The notes under the pieces are model-generated. The model made no database searches and had not been told where the DNA came from. It worked only from the letters and a program-made list of their open reading frames with translations. Shown here one piece after another: positions 32,647-47,101 of a stretch of DNA of 64,000 bases (the first letter of the stretch is position 1; the number at the start of each line of letters is the position of its first letter). The stretch is from Sminthopsis crassicaudata. Taxonomy: Eukaryota. The stretch covers positions 236,995,198 through 237,059,197 of the forward strand of contig NC_133622.1 of NCBI RefSeq assembly GCF_048593235.1. Reading direction: 5' to 3'. The position numbers were made by a program, and so were the translations under genes.

Positions 32647-35001
32647 CGTGTGTGTGTGTATGTTTGTGTGTGTGTGTGTTCTAGATGGATGCCCTCAGGT
32701 TGGACTTAAAGATTCCTTTGGAGAGAGAGTTGGGCAAGATTACTTAAAAGTCTATCTGTATCTCCCCCCTAAACATGGGGATTCCACAATGCTTACCAGA
32801 AGTTATTTGAAAATACCCATTTTCTATAGTTAATGGATATATTATATATGAGTAATGCAAGATATTAAAAATATATAGAAATATTGAAAGGAGTTAGCAC
32901 TGAGGCATTGGATAAGCCTTATTTTTATCTGAACTGGATAAAAGACTTTAACATTTTCATACAACTTTTTTCATACACACATACACACAAAGCACGGCTA
33001 GGAATACTTTAACAGTGTAAACCTACAAAATCGGTAGTTTTGGGGAAAGGAGAGGGAGGCACAAACAGGAGGGCAGATGTATGAGCGAGTTTTGTAAATG
33101 AAATAGTTTATTTTAGGAAGCAGGGGATTCTTACAGATAGATTGAAAGAAAAAAAGGAAGAATGAAATAATGTGATCAGTGTTGATAAGGCAGTGAAGCA
33201 GAAAAAATTGTATTATTCATGATTTGTTGTTGTACATCTAAGTAAAGAGGAAAATAAGAGCAAAAAAAAACCCTAGGCGGTAAAACAGCGGGATGAAGGA
33301 AAATACAAAATTTACAATCATTCTTAGGAAAATAGATGAAACATGCCACGCACCGAATGGTAGAGCGCAGTAGAACACACTGCAAAGTTGATTTCCACAA
33401 TAAGTTACTTGAAAAAATGCCTTTTGTTTCATAAAGATTCATGTGGAGGTTAAATCCATCATACTTCAAATAAACTTTAAAAAGCATGCTTTTAGAGAAA
33501 GTAATGGCAAAAAATAAACATGATAGAAGGAGATAAGCATGGGAAAACATGTTCAATGGTGACAATGAAAAATCTCTTAAAAACATGTCATATTAAATAT
33601 ATATGATATGCATTATATATTCTTACCTGCACTCCACAATCAGTATATATATATATATACATGTAATATATTACAAATATGTATAAGTAGATGTTTTTTC
33701 TAGGTTTGGAAAGGGGATGCCATCTCTTAGACAGAGGATGCTCTGGGTATTGGGTCACTCTAAGTCCAAGCCCCAGCTATGAGTCTCTGGGTACAGCAGT
33801 TGTTTTTTTTCTAGGAAATCCCATGGTGTTGGTGAATGATTGGAATCAGGAGAGGGTCTATCTGTACTCAGAGCTTTCTGATCCCATGAAATCACAGGTT
33901 TAGATGAACAAAACTAGGAATTAAACATGCCTTATTTCTGTCAACCAAATGACTAGAAGTGTGGTCTCTATGCTCTGAATTTCAGCATGTGGGAATTACT
34001 CCAGCTGCCGTGTGTTTGTTACATTCCTATTATCAAAGTATGATTTTTTTGGGGAAATACTTCTATATGTTCCATTTTTCCAGATGACTTCCCTAGAGGA
34101 AATGCAATGGTGGGAATGTTGGACTTGATTTCAGGAAGCTCTGAGTTCACGTGTAGCTCCTGAGAATTAGTTGTGTGACCCGCAGAACATCAGCTAACTT
34201 CTGCCTTTCCAGCTTTCATGATTTATAAAATGAACAAAATAATAGCACTATGCTTTGAAGACCAAATGAAGACATCTATAAAGTACATAGCACAGTGCGT
34301 GGCACAAAGTTGACATTGAATAAATACTTCCTTCATTACTTTCTTCTTTGAAAAGTTGTGCTACTCAAGTGGGTTAAGAATTGGAAAAAATATCCTGTCC
34401 TGCATTATCGAACTCTAGGGTTGCTGTGAGGATTAAGTAACATAGCATTTGCTTTGTAAACATTAAAGTGCTCTATAAATGTTGTTTATAATCATATCTC
34501 TGATTATTTATGTATCCTAGGACATTCGACCTTGTTTCTTGCTCTCAACTTTAGCTCTTTGCATACTGAGATTGCTGAAAAAGGCAATGACACAAAAGAA
34601 AAATGAACTCCCATTATTGAGGGAAGATTATGTGCCAGTGTATATTGGGGCAACTATGTGGCACACTGGTTAAGGGAGTAGTTCTGGAGGCAGGAAGACA
34701 AATTCAAATCTATCCTCACACAAACCTGCAAAAAGTAACTTAAACCTTAAATCTTACAGATGGATTGAAAGATAAAAAGAAAGAATGAAATAATGTGATC
34801 AGTGTTGACAGGACAGAGAAGCCCTGCAAAATTAACTTAAATAAGATGTTTTTCAGTTTTCTCAACCGTAAAATGGGAATATGCTGAATATCAAATGAGA
34901 TGAGAGTGAACACATAGTAATAAAGTCTTTCCCATAGTACTTGGCATATAGTTGACATTCCCTTAGTCCTACCTGCCTTTGTTTTTCTTCTTCCTTCCTC
35001 C

Positions 35002-35296
35002 NNNNNNNNNNNNNNNNNNNNNNNNNNNNNNNNNNNNNNNNNNNNNNNNNNNNNNNNNNNNNNNNNNNNNNNNNNNNNNNNNNNNNNNNNNNNNNNNNNN
35101 NNNNNNNNNNNNNNNNNNNNNNNNNNNNNNNNNNNNNNNNNNNNNNNNNNNNNNNNNNNNNNNNNNNNNNNNNNNNNNNNNNNNNNNNNNNNNNNNNNNN
35201 NNNNNNNNNNNNNNNNNNNNNNNNNNNNNNNNNNNNNNNNNNNNNNNNNNNNNNNNNNNNNNNNNNNNNNNNNNNNNNNNNNNNNNNNNNNNNNNN
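35002..35296. other. N run, 295 nt
   Basis: Same position within the unit as 9050-9368. Confidence 1.
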
Positions 35297-38200
35297 TCTC
35301 CTTTGAAAGATTGTATTATTCAAATGTCTTTAATATTAGAAAAATAACGGTGCGCTATGTAACTACTTAATCTTCAAACACATTGAAACAAAAGAGAAAA
35401 AATCTTTGTTTTGTTTTTCAACAAAGATGTGGTTATTCCATTAATTTTTCCACAATTTTTTTTTTATCTAGAAGCTTTTTAAATTTTTATATGAACATAG
35501 CCAACTTAGTCTAATTCAGTGCATACTTTTATAGCTTTTTTCTATGAACAATTGATCAGACCTTAGGGAAATAAAAAGATCATTTTGATACATAGTTTTC
35601 TGCCCCTAGAAGCTCCCTCCTCTGAACAGGGAGAATTTTGGAGGTGTGCTGAGTTGCATAGGATCAATCTTTTTGTGGCCATGGAAATGGAGGAAGAAGG
35701 GAAATAAAACATAGCACAACCCCCAAACCCTAACCTTTGCTCCATCAGGGACAGATCTGTATTTGGCACCTAAGTTAGTTTTTTTTAACAATGAGGAAAT
35801 TAAGGCTCAGGATATAAAAGTGAATGAAAAACTCTTGATCCAAGATACTGCTACTCCAAATGGAACGCCCTTCCCATTAAATCAGCAAGCTTTTACTGCC
35901 ACTGCTTGGACAGACAAGGAGGCAGATAGAGACCATGATTTTTCCTCTTTATCAAGAGAAACTTGTAGAATATAAGAAGAAACATGTTTTTTTTTCTGAA
36001 TACTATCAAATATCTGGAAGCCAGGGAGAGAAATGGAAAGGCAGAGAGAAAAAGCAAACATATGGAGGAGGTATTAATAAAATTTCTAAACAATCCACAG
36101 CAAACTCTTGAGATATGCCTGTTACACTGACACTGAGAGGATGTTGTGAAAGAAACAGGGTACCCCATTGCCAGACATGAGTTCTCCATCTCTTTTGTCT
36201 CCCCTCCCAAAATATAAAGTATGTGCCTGTATCCTATTGTGTGAAGATAGTGATGAAGAGTGAGCTGAAGATTAACTAAAGGAATGGAGAACAAAAGCTG
36301 GCAGTCTTGTTTCCAAAACCCAAGCCAGAATAGCCTAGAATAGTCCAAATGTCCTTCCTGTATACCCCCACTTCCAAAAAATAATCATTATTCCTAGTCA
36401 TCTTTTTTTCCTCATTGCAGAACTGAGAGAGCCTGTTCCCTGGCTCCTGGAAGGGATTCTTGCCTATCCCTGTGTCTGAGGCTATGGCCTTCCAAATCAC
36501 TCACCAGACTGTTCTCTGCTGCCAGGGCCTGGGCTAGTATTGCAGAAGTCTGTGCATGTGTGTGTGTCTGTGTATATGTATGTGTGGGGCCTATCTGGGG
36601 CTGGAGTTATAGGGAGAGCAGAGTCTGAGCTCATTTCCCCTAAGAGCTATAATTATGATGCCATGTGCTGCAAGAGAAACACTTGACAGAAGAGGGAACT
36701 TGAGGGGTGTCTGAATTAGGAACAGAATTTTTCCTCATGTGAAAATTATTGTCAACAATTTTTATTGATTAATGAGACTCTCCAAAGGAATATTTGTGAG
36801 TAACCAAAAAGAGATTTTCCTCTGCCTGTTAAGAGAAGTAAAAGTTTAACTTTTTCTCATGGTCATTGCAAGGATTTGCTGCTAAATGTCTATCAAACAG
36901 TGATCACAGAAAAATGTACTCTGGGCTCACTTTTACATTTGATCTACATCTTCATCCTTTATCATTTTCCTAAGTCTTCTTGTCCTTCCATCATACCCAA
37001 GTCTTTGTGACCCTGTGGATCATATTGTTCATGTGATTTTCTTGGCAAAAGAGAGGGAGGATCGCCTTTTTCTTCTCTAGTGAATTAAGGCAAACTCAGG
37101 TTATGGGACTCACACAATAAGTGTCATACCCCAGATTTATCTTTTTGATTTCCTGGACCAGAACTCTATCAACTGAAACATATGTCATGTCTAAATGTAG
37201 AGAAAACAACAAAATGAAAATTCAAACCTTGGTTTGCAGAATTTGCCAATTTATGAGATGTGAACAATGGCCTTGAAAGGTTAAGAATTAGCTGTTCTGA
37301 GAAGTTTGAGCCAGCTGCAACAAGCTTCTCGTAAGAAAGCGTAAGACTGGGGTGCTTGTGATATGATGAATGCAGAGCCTTTACTTGTATTCCTGGGCCC
37401 CTGGTGAGCTCTTTTGTAGAAATCACTGAATGTTGTTCATACAAGCACCAATTGAGTTCCTTTGGAGTCCCATTTTGTGTATCTAAGATGAATTCCCTTC
37501 TTATGGCTAAAAGATTGGGGAAGATAACTTAAAATTGTCTCTTTGATAGTGTGTTGGATTGAAATAATGATGGGGATGGATTATGACCTGAATATGAGTG
37601 TGTAACTTCCATATCATGGCAGGTTTCCTTCCTATCATGTATGCCCAGCGACGACTCCCCAGCCTTGAATGCCATATACTGTGAGGCATCAACCATGTAA
37701 TGACTCTTTGAGATGACATGATTCCTCCATTCACAACATGGAAAAAGCTATCTTTATCTCCTTCTGCCTCCTCTGGCCCATTTGTTTTGTTGAGATATCA
37801 GATGCATATCCTGATGTCATCTCTGAAAGAATTCAGGTTCAGCCAGTTGCCAACCCAAGGAAAGGCACTGTATTGTGCTATAGACACTCAGTGGGAGGTC
37901 CAAGCTCCCTGAGGGAATCAGTCCTGAAACTCAAGGCCAAGGTTTTTAGAGAGTAAATGATGGTTATTAGATCACAAGATATGCACATTTTGAGGTTTTA
38001 GCAGGAGTTTGCCAACTTGGGGAGGTCCTTAGGCCTTGCTGGAACTGTACCTGTGATTATCCAGAATGCATGCAGAAAAACTTACTTGGGGGATATTAAT
38101 ATATGGCAGTGATATTATTAGTAGTGTAGGCTCACCCAGAGACAATAAAGAAGGGGAACACCAAGTAATGTGGGTACAGAATATGCTGGTTTGCTCATTA

Positions 38201-39679
38201 TTGTCGTGAGACCCACACTTAATAATTTTTGTAGGCTTTAGGATTGGGGACAGGTATGGGCTTCGATTGGTTGGGGAAACAATCAGAATCCCATCAGTTT
38301 GAAGTATTCTCCTATCTCAGTTCATTTACCCATCATGGATGATGGATGTACCATGAGCCCATGAATGATCAAGATTTTTTGTGTTTAACTTCCTTCTTAA
38401 ATTACAGTAAAGCACTTAATAATTTGTCTTTGAAATCTGACTGTGTTTCTGGGTTTTGTATTAAGGAATTGCATTACTTCTCATTCCTGAGACTGATTTA
38501 TACTATTACAATATTTGAACCAGAATGCAAATTTGAATCACTTTTTGGTATTTATAAAAACTGATAGGTAGGTTGCAAATTGGGATAAAGTTGAGAAAAA
38601 ATTGGGACTGAATGTTCTGACCTACATCAGAGAAGACAGAGGTCCAAATGAACCCTTTAGGGGCTAATGGATAAGGAATTCATCTGAATTGATGGGTTGT
38701 AATTGCCTTTTCATGGATTCTCAGATAAATCAAAATGTCAATTGCTTTCCCAACTTTCCTTTCCTGTATATCTTGTAAGAATTTTTCTGTATTCTGATTT
38801 TTCCTCTAACATAAGTGAGATATAGAGCATATAAATTAGGGCAGAGAGCCTTATTATTAGGAATTTCTTAACTGGGGGCTCTAAGATTTTATGGTTATAT
38901 TAATAATACAAGATGTGACATAAATGCTATAAAATAGTAGAGTTACTTTGTGCAAAGGAAAATGTATCAGAGATGGTTGGGGGGGGTCATAATATCTAAT
39001 TGATCTGAGAAAATCAATTGATACCTGCTTTTTCACTTTAGAGACTAAACAGAGGACTTGATATTAAATTCTGAAGGCAAGAGGAAGCAATTGGCCTTGA
39101 ATCAGTAGAAGTCACATTGCCATATCAGAACCTCTGGAAAATCACGTAAGCAGCTTTGCATAGGAAGGACTGGAGATATCAGAGATGAGGCATAGGCATC
39201 ATTAGGAGACTATTTTAAAGGTCTAGGCAATAAGTGATAAATGCCTGAATTAATGTGGTTTTGAGTACCAGTTAGTTTTTGTCAGCCAAAGAGTTTGATG
39301 TAAGAAGTGTCATGGAGGTGAAATGGTACTTCTCATTCCTGTCAAATGACATTTGATTGGAAATGAGGGGAAGGAAACTCAGGATGTGGCTGAGGTTATA
39401 AATCCTGAAAACTGAAAGGAGGGTGCTGAACCATGCTTTGGTTATAAAGAGGAAAAGCTGAAAAGGGTTTGTAAGGAAAGCTAATGTTTGAAATTTTAGA
39501 AAAAATGAGTTTCAGATGTCTTCGGGATGCACAGTGTGAAATGTACAATGGATAGTTTTTGATTCAGGTCTAAACTACTCCTGAGAAGTATTTTTTTTTG
39601 TTTATTTAGTACAAAGTCATTTGATAATTACAGGTTTATAATCTGATTGAATTCTTTTCTTTCTTAATACTTTTTTAAA

Positions 39680-41952
39680 TCAATCTCAAGAAGAAAAGCT
39701 CCAACCATTGAATCTTACTCTAGAAATGGGATACTGAGATTCATTGTAAGAGAACAATTGTGAAATAAAAAAGGTCTCTTGTATTCTAAAGTGTAACATT
39801 AAATGGCTCCCCATTCAGAAAGATTTTATAAAAGAATTCAAAAATGACTTCAAAAATCAAATGAAAGCAATTAAGGGAAAAGCTACAAAAAATAAAAACA
39901 AGAAAACCATCTCAGAACAATAAGAAAATTTTGACAAAAAGTCAACCAAGTAGAAGAGGAGATGGAGAAACTTAAAAAAGAAAATAAAGCTTTGAATGTT
40001 TGAATGGAGCAACAGAAAGTCAGTGAAGCAATAGGAGACTAAGAAATAGCGAAACAAAATATAGAGAATGAAAAACTAGAAGAGAATGTCAAACATCTAT
40101 TAAGAAAAACAACAAAGCAGTAAAACAGATCAATAAAACAAACCATAAGAATAATTGTACTACCCAAAATGTGATATCAATTCCTAAACTCTTACAAACT
40201 ATCCTTGACACAATAATGGAAGAAATAAAGCAACTTTTCCTGAAGTGGTACGACAATAGGGGACAATGTAAATAGAAAAAACTCACTGATTACTACCTTA
40301 AAGAAATTTTACAAGCAATAACATAGGAATATTATTCCTAAATTTTGAATCCACCAGAACAAAAAGTAAGTTTTATAAGAAATAAGTGAAAAAAAATCCC
40401 AATTCCAATATGCATTAGTTACAATTAGAATTGTTTAGGATTTATCAGCAAGTATAATAAAAGTATGAAAGTCCTGGAATATCGCATGTTGTTAATCAAA
40501 AGAACTAGGCCTGTGACCAAAAATATCCTATCTAGAAAAATGACCCATAATGTTGAACAGAAAAATGGACATTCATTGTCTTTTTTAGGTTATAAAATTT
40601 TGTCTCAACTAAACCTGAACTCAATACAAAATTTGACACGGAAAAGTCAGTATCAAAAATAATATCAAGGGAGGCAACATGTAAAAATGTAAGACATACA
40701 CCTAAAGTTGTCTTCAGGATTTGGGTAGTTCAAAAGAAAGCTTGAGACCCGCCTATAATTTGACTCAAAAAAAAAAAAAAAACAAAAAACAAAAAACAAA
40801 ACTGTTTATGATAAGGTTAAAAATAGTAAATGTGCTATCTAAATGAGGGGCAGAAGTAGAAATGTTATGAAATCATTAAATCTGGGAGGAAGGCTGGTGG
40901 TTGTGAAAACTTAATCACATCACAAATGGATTCAAAGGGAGCAGTATATATTTACATCCATCTATATCTGTACATATCTATCTATCTATCTATCTATCTA
41001 ATACATATATTTTCAATATATGTATGTGTATCTACATGTGTATATACCCCCCACAATGAAGTATATACTATTATCAAAATCTATAAAATATATAGGGGGG
41101 AAGGGAATAGGTATAGGAGGGTATATAGATTTATGGCAGTGAAATAAGGTGTATAGATTGAGGGGAAAGGGATTAAGAGGCAAGGAAAGTGTAGTCTAGG
41201 TTAAGATGAGATTCAGAAGAATATTTCGATTAGTGGGAGTGGGGTGAAGAGGGTAGAAAAAGTAGGGGAGAAGGTAAGGGAGAGATCTATGGATGAAGGG
41301 AAGTTAAATAAAAACAGGGCAAGTTAAGGAGGAGAACTAAAGTAGAAAGGTTAGCAGGGACAGGAAATTAGAGATATACAGAAACACAATAACAAAACTC
41401 AGGAGTTGAATTTGTTAGGGGAAAAAAGGAGTGCTTTTAATCATTGACCTCAAACAAAGTCAAACTTAAAGATTCCATCTAGTGAGAAATCAACATTATA
41501 GGTCAACCACGATAATATTGTTTTATATACATGTTTACATGTATATAAATGTGCATATATATATGTGTATGCATATAGATAGGACATGTGTATATAGATA
41601 TATGTATCTGGATGTGGGTGTGAAAAAAAAATATATATAATATAATTATATCTATGCTTAACGATAGCCTGGTTGGTGTGGGTTGGGGCAGGATGAAAGA
41701 TGAGTAAAGAATAAAGAAAAATATTGCATAACAAAGCAGAAAACAACATCCTACAAAGAAGTAAAGAATTGATGGAGAGTCATAAATATAATGTTTTCCA
41801 TTATATATGGTTTCTTGAAATGAAAATTTATCGTTACATATTTTGAATCCTCTGATATTCTACTAGGCACATGCAAATGTGTTTTTTTCTTTTTCTGGAT
41901 GTCTATATTTTTTATTATTTTATATTTAACTTTAAATAAATATTTAAAAAAG
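39680..41952 (+). mobile_element. HAL1-like element, paralogous copy
   Basis: Colinear with 27920-30178. Empty ERV site at ~41785. Confidence 0.65.
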
Positions 41953-42721
41953 GAGCAGGGGAAAATAACTTGGGTTTCTGCCATATGAATAGCCTTGGTG
42001 ATTATCATTTCATATAACTTTTTTCAAGTGTTTGGATACTATTTTTTATTTACATATTTATGGTCACTTTGACTCCTGGTTCTTCTTACTTTACTTTCCA
42101 TAACTTCACCTATGTCTTCCCATTTTTCACTGCATTAATTATATTCATGACTTTTCCATTATCATAATCTGCATAATATTTAAATATTCCATTTATTTTG
42201 TTTAATATGTATTCCATATTTACTTCATTACATTTACATGCTATGGTTTTTAAAAAAACACCTTTTCAAGTAGCTGGGAACTGACTTTGTTTCCATTCTT
42301 TGCTTCAATCAGAAATATTGTTATAAATAATCTGAAGTATGTCAGGCTTTTTTGAACATTGGTCTCATTGGGGTATATGCCTAAGAGTAGAGTATCCAAT
42401 TTTATATGGGAAGGGGCAGTATTATTTTTCATTTGTCCCTTTCTTTATAATCTTTCACTTTATGCAAGGAGAATTGGAGTTATGGGATTATGGTTATTAT
42501 ATTTATATGTTTTATGACAAACTCGATTTTTTGTTTTGGTAAGAATTTTACCTCTTTCCATTGTTGTGAATCATCAATTCTCCTCTTATCCTGCTGTATT
42601 ATGATGATGTGGGTCTTTCCATTCAGGCTACTTATCCATTTTGAGCAAATTTTGTGATATGGTTTGAGTTGTTAATCTTACCCTAATTTATGCTGAATTT
42701 TTTCCTTTTCCCTAACATTTC

Positions 42722-43654
42722 TCAACTGGAGAGTCCTTCTTGAGAAGAGTTCTTTAAACATAAGAGAGAAGCAAAAGACCTGGACTTCTGAGTGTCAGTG
42801 GTGATCAGCACAATAGGGCTGATTATTGGATAAAACATGGAAAGTGCAACTGTGAAACGTAATGCCCAGTGGCTGGTTTCTGCTGCAGAAGCTATGTAAA
42901 TAACAAAAGGAGAACTGACTGAATTAAAGCAAAGAAATGTGGCCACCAGCATCAGGATGGCTTTGGTGGCTCTAGTCTCAGGGGATGCTCTGAGGGAGGA
43001 GTTGATGCTGTGAATGTGTTGGACTCTCTGGTTGTGTGTGTGCAAGATAAATACCATATAGCCACTCGAACCAACCATGAGACCCACAAACAGAGCATGA
43101 ATAACTGACTGACAAATTAAAATTTTTATAATACTCATGGCTTGCAAGTCAAGAGAAATATGTCCAATCCTCCACCTTTCATTACTTCTGTTTCTTGGAC
43201 TACTATAATTCATAGGTGCAGCAATATCAAGAAGAAGATTGAAAATCCAGCTGAGCATACAGCAGGAAGGAATACACTTTTGGGTTCTAGTTTTAAGTTG
43301 TGCCCACTTAAGGCTGCTGGGGCTGATAGTGATGGCCTGGACGACACTCAGGAGGCAGGTGCTGCAAAGAGAAAGGCTCCGGGTCACTCTTATGAGATAA
43401 GTTAAGATTTTACCCATTGTTTCATCTAGGAAAGATATCCATCCCCAGTTGGTTATTATTGTAGAGAAGGCCCTGAAAAGAATCATTAAGACATGGGCAA
43501 AGGCCATATTTATGATGATCAGGCTGATGAGTCTTTTCCTGTGAGCAGTGATGAACTTGTGAACGTGTAGATAAAGAAGGGACATGTTGCCCAGAACTCC
43601 AAAGAAAAGCATGGTCAAGTAGACAATGGCCAAACTATGTCTTTGAGAGCTCAT
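42722..43654 (-). CDS. V1R copy 4. 310 aa from the preferred Met; the ORF extends upstream to 43723.
   Basis: Open 7TM frame with V1R motifs. Confidence 0.95.
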   Translation of the reverse strand: MSSQRHSLAIVYLTMLFFGVLGNMSLLYLHVHKFITAHRKRLISLIIINMAFAHVLMILFRAFSTIITNWGWISFLDETMGKILTYLIRVTRSLSLCSTCLLSVVQAITISPSSLKWAQLKTRTQKCIPSCCMLSWIFNLLLDIAAPMNYSSPRNRSNERWRIGHISLDLQAMSIIKILICQSVIHALFVGLMVGSSGYMVFILHTHNQRVQHIHSINSSLRASPETRATKAILMLVATFLCFNSVSSPFVIYIASAAETSHWALRFTVALSMFYPIISPIVLITTDTQKSRSFASLLCLKNSSQEGLSS

Positions 43655-44388
43655 TCCTTGAGGGATTCCTAGGAGCACTTTGCTGTCAGCTCCAAAGTGA
43701 CCTGGGGAGAAACATAGATGCATGTGACTTTTCCAATGTGAGGAATTCCCAATTCTACGATGTACTCAGCTTCTCTTTGAGCAGTGATAAACCTTCCCAG
43801 ATAATAGTGCCATTGTAGTGTTCAGGAGACATATATTCAATGTATCAATTCACATATATTTACTGTTCATTAACTATACATCTTACAATAAAATACTTCC
43901 CGTCTGTTTGCAAACCATATTTCTCCTCTTAGGACATGATTATCATATTCTATTATATTATATATTTCATATTGTATTATATATTATATATATTATATTA
44001 TATATTTTATCATTTTTATAACCAGGATTTTGGACAGACCTGGGATCTTCAGCTGTCACAGCTAAGCAGTTCTCTGATGTTTCCAGCGTCCATGTTTCCA
44101 AGCTACTGCTTTTCCTTTGCTTCATGTGCTTCCCCTTTGTGAAATCTTTTTTTTATTCTTTCATTAGAATGTAAGATCCAAGAGGGCAGAGACTTTCTTG
44201 GATACTTTTACCCTTATTACTATTACTTAGCACACTTTCCATATGTGTTAAAGTTATTTTAATGGTGTGTTGTGTAACTAGAATTTGATGAGAATGAGTA
44301 AACTCTGCAGGTGTCAGCTCTCACTCTTAAAGGGTTAGTGACCAGAAATGCTGGTGAAGTGTTAAAATACAGGCCCTTAAATAGTGTA

Positions 44389-44419
<31 letters not shown>

Positions 44420-45447
44420 TTATGTGTGTGCGTGTGTGTGCGTGTGTTTGTGTGTGTGTGCATGTGTGTCTATGTGTGTGTTCTAGATGGATGCCCTCAG
44501 GTAGGAATTAAAGGTTCCCTTGGAGAGAGAGTTGGGCAAGATTACTTAAATGTTTATCGTTATCTTCCCTCTAAACATGGGGATTCTACAATGCTTACCA
44601 GAAGTTATGTGAAAATACCCATTTTCTATAGTTAATGGATATATTATATATAAGTAATGCAAGATATTAAAAATATATAGAAATATTGAAAGGAGTTAGC
44701 ACTGAGGCATTGGATAAGCCTTATTTTTATCTGAACTGGATAAAAGAATATAACATTTTCATACAACTTTTTTCATACACACATACACACAAAGCACGGC
44801 TAGGAATACTTTAACAGTGTAAACCTACAAAATCGGTAGTTTTGGGGAAAGGAGAGGGAGGCACAAACAGGAGGGCAGATGTATGAGCGAGTTTTGTAAA
44901 TGAAATAGTTTATTTTAGGAAGCAGGGGACTCTTACAGATGGATTGAAAGAAAAGAAGGAAGAATGAAATAATGTGATCAGTGTTGATAAGGCAGTGAAG
45001 CAGAAAAAATTGTATTATTCATAATTTGTTGTTGTTCATCTAAGTAAAGAGGAAAATAAGAGCAAAAAAAAAAACCTAGGCGGTAAAACACAGCAGGATG
45101 AAGGAAAATACAAAATTTACAATCATTCTTAGGAAAATAGATGAAACATGCCACGCACCGAATGGTAGAGCACAGTAGAACATACTGCAAAGTTGATTTC
45201 CACAATAAGTTACTTGAAAAAATGCCTTTTGTTTCATAAAGATTCATGTGGAGGTTAAATCCATCATACTTCAAATAAACTTTAAAAAGCATGCTTTTAG
45301 AGAAAGCAATGGCAAAAAATAAACATGATAGAAGGAGATAAGCATGGGAAAACATGTTCAATGGTGACAATGAAAAATCTCTTAAAAACATGTCATATTA
45401 AATATATATGATATGCATTATATATTCTTACCTGCACTCCACAATCA

Positions 45448-45510
<63 letters not shown>

Positions 45511-46812
45511 ATATATTACAAATATGTATAAGTAGATGTTTTTTCTAGGTTTGGAAAGGGGATGCCATCTCTTAGACAGAGGATGCTCTGGGTATTGGGT
45601 CACTCTAAGTCCAAGCCCCAGCTATGAGTCTCTGGGTACAGCAGTTGTTTTTTTTCTAGGAAATCCCATGGTGTTGGTGAATGATTGGAATCAGGAGAGG
45701 GTCTTTCTATACTCAGAGCTTTCTGATCCCATGAAATCACAGGTTTAGATGAACAAAACTAGGAATTAAACATGCCTTATTTCTGTCAACCAAATGAATA
45801 GAAGTGTGGTCTCTATGCTCTGAATTTCAGCATGTGGGAATTACTCCAGCTGCCGTGTGTTTGTTACATTCCTATTATCAAAGTATGATTTTTTTGGGGA
45901 AATACTTCTATATGTTCCATTTTTCCAGATGACTTCCCTAGAGGAAATGCAATGGTGGGAATGTTGGACTTGATTTCAGGAAGCTCTGAGTTCACGTGTA
46001 GCTCCTGAGAATTAGTTGTGTGACCCGCAGAACATCAGCTAACTTCTGCCTGTCCAGCTTTCATGATTTATAAAATGAATAAAATAATAGCACTATGTTT
46101 TGAAGACCAAATGAAGACATCTATAAAGTACTTATCACAGTGCGTGGCACAAAGTTGACATTGAATAAATACTTCCTTCATTACTTTCTTCCTTGAAAAG
46201 TTGTGCTACTCAAGTGGGTTAAGAATTGGAAAAAATATCCTGTCCTGCATTATCTACCTCTAGGGTTGCTGTGAGGATTAAGTAACATAGCATATGCTTT
46301 GTAAACCTTAAAGTGCTCTATAAATGTTATTTATGATCATATCTCTGATTATTTATGTATCCTAGGACATTCGACATTGTTTCTTGCTCTCAACTTTAGC
46401 TCTTTGCATACTGAGATTGCTGAAAAAGGCAATGACACAAAAGAAAAATGAACTCCCATTATTGAGGGAAGATTATGTGCCAGTGTATATTGGGGCAACT
46501 ATGTGGCACACTGGTTAAGGGAGTAGTTCTGGAGGCAGGAAGACAAATTCAAATCTATCCTCACACAAACCTGCAAAAAGTAACTTAAACCTTAAATCTT
46601 ACAGATGGATTGAAAGATAAAAAGAAAGAATGAAATAATGTGATCAGTGTTGACAGGACAGAGAAGCGCTGCAAAATTAACTTAAATAAGATGTTTTTCA
46701 GTTTTCTCATCCGTAAAATGGGAATATGCTGAATATAAAATGAGATGAGAGTGAACACATAGTAATAAAGTCTTTCCCATAGTACTTGGCATATAGTTGA
46801 CATTCCCTTAGT

Positions 46813-47101
46813 NNNNNNNNNNNNNNNNNNNNNNNNNNNNNNNNNNNNNNNNNNNNNNNNNNNNNNNNNNNNNNNNNNNNNNNNNNNNNNNNNNNNNNNN
46901 NNNNNNNNNNNNNNNNNNNNNNNNNNNNNNNNNNNNNNNNNNNNNNNNNNNNNNNNNNNNNNNNNNNNNNNNNNNNNNNNNNNNNNNNNNNNNNNNNNNN
47001 NNNNNNNNNNNNNNNNNNNNNNNNNNNNNNNNNNNNNNNNNNNNNNNNNNNNNNNNNNNNNNNNNNNNNNNNNNNNNNNNNNNNNNNNNNNNNNNNNNNN
47101 N
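46813..47101. other. N run, 289 nt
   Basis: Homologous position within the unit. Confidence 1.
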
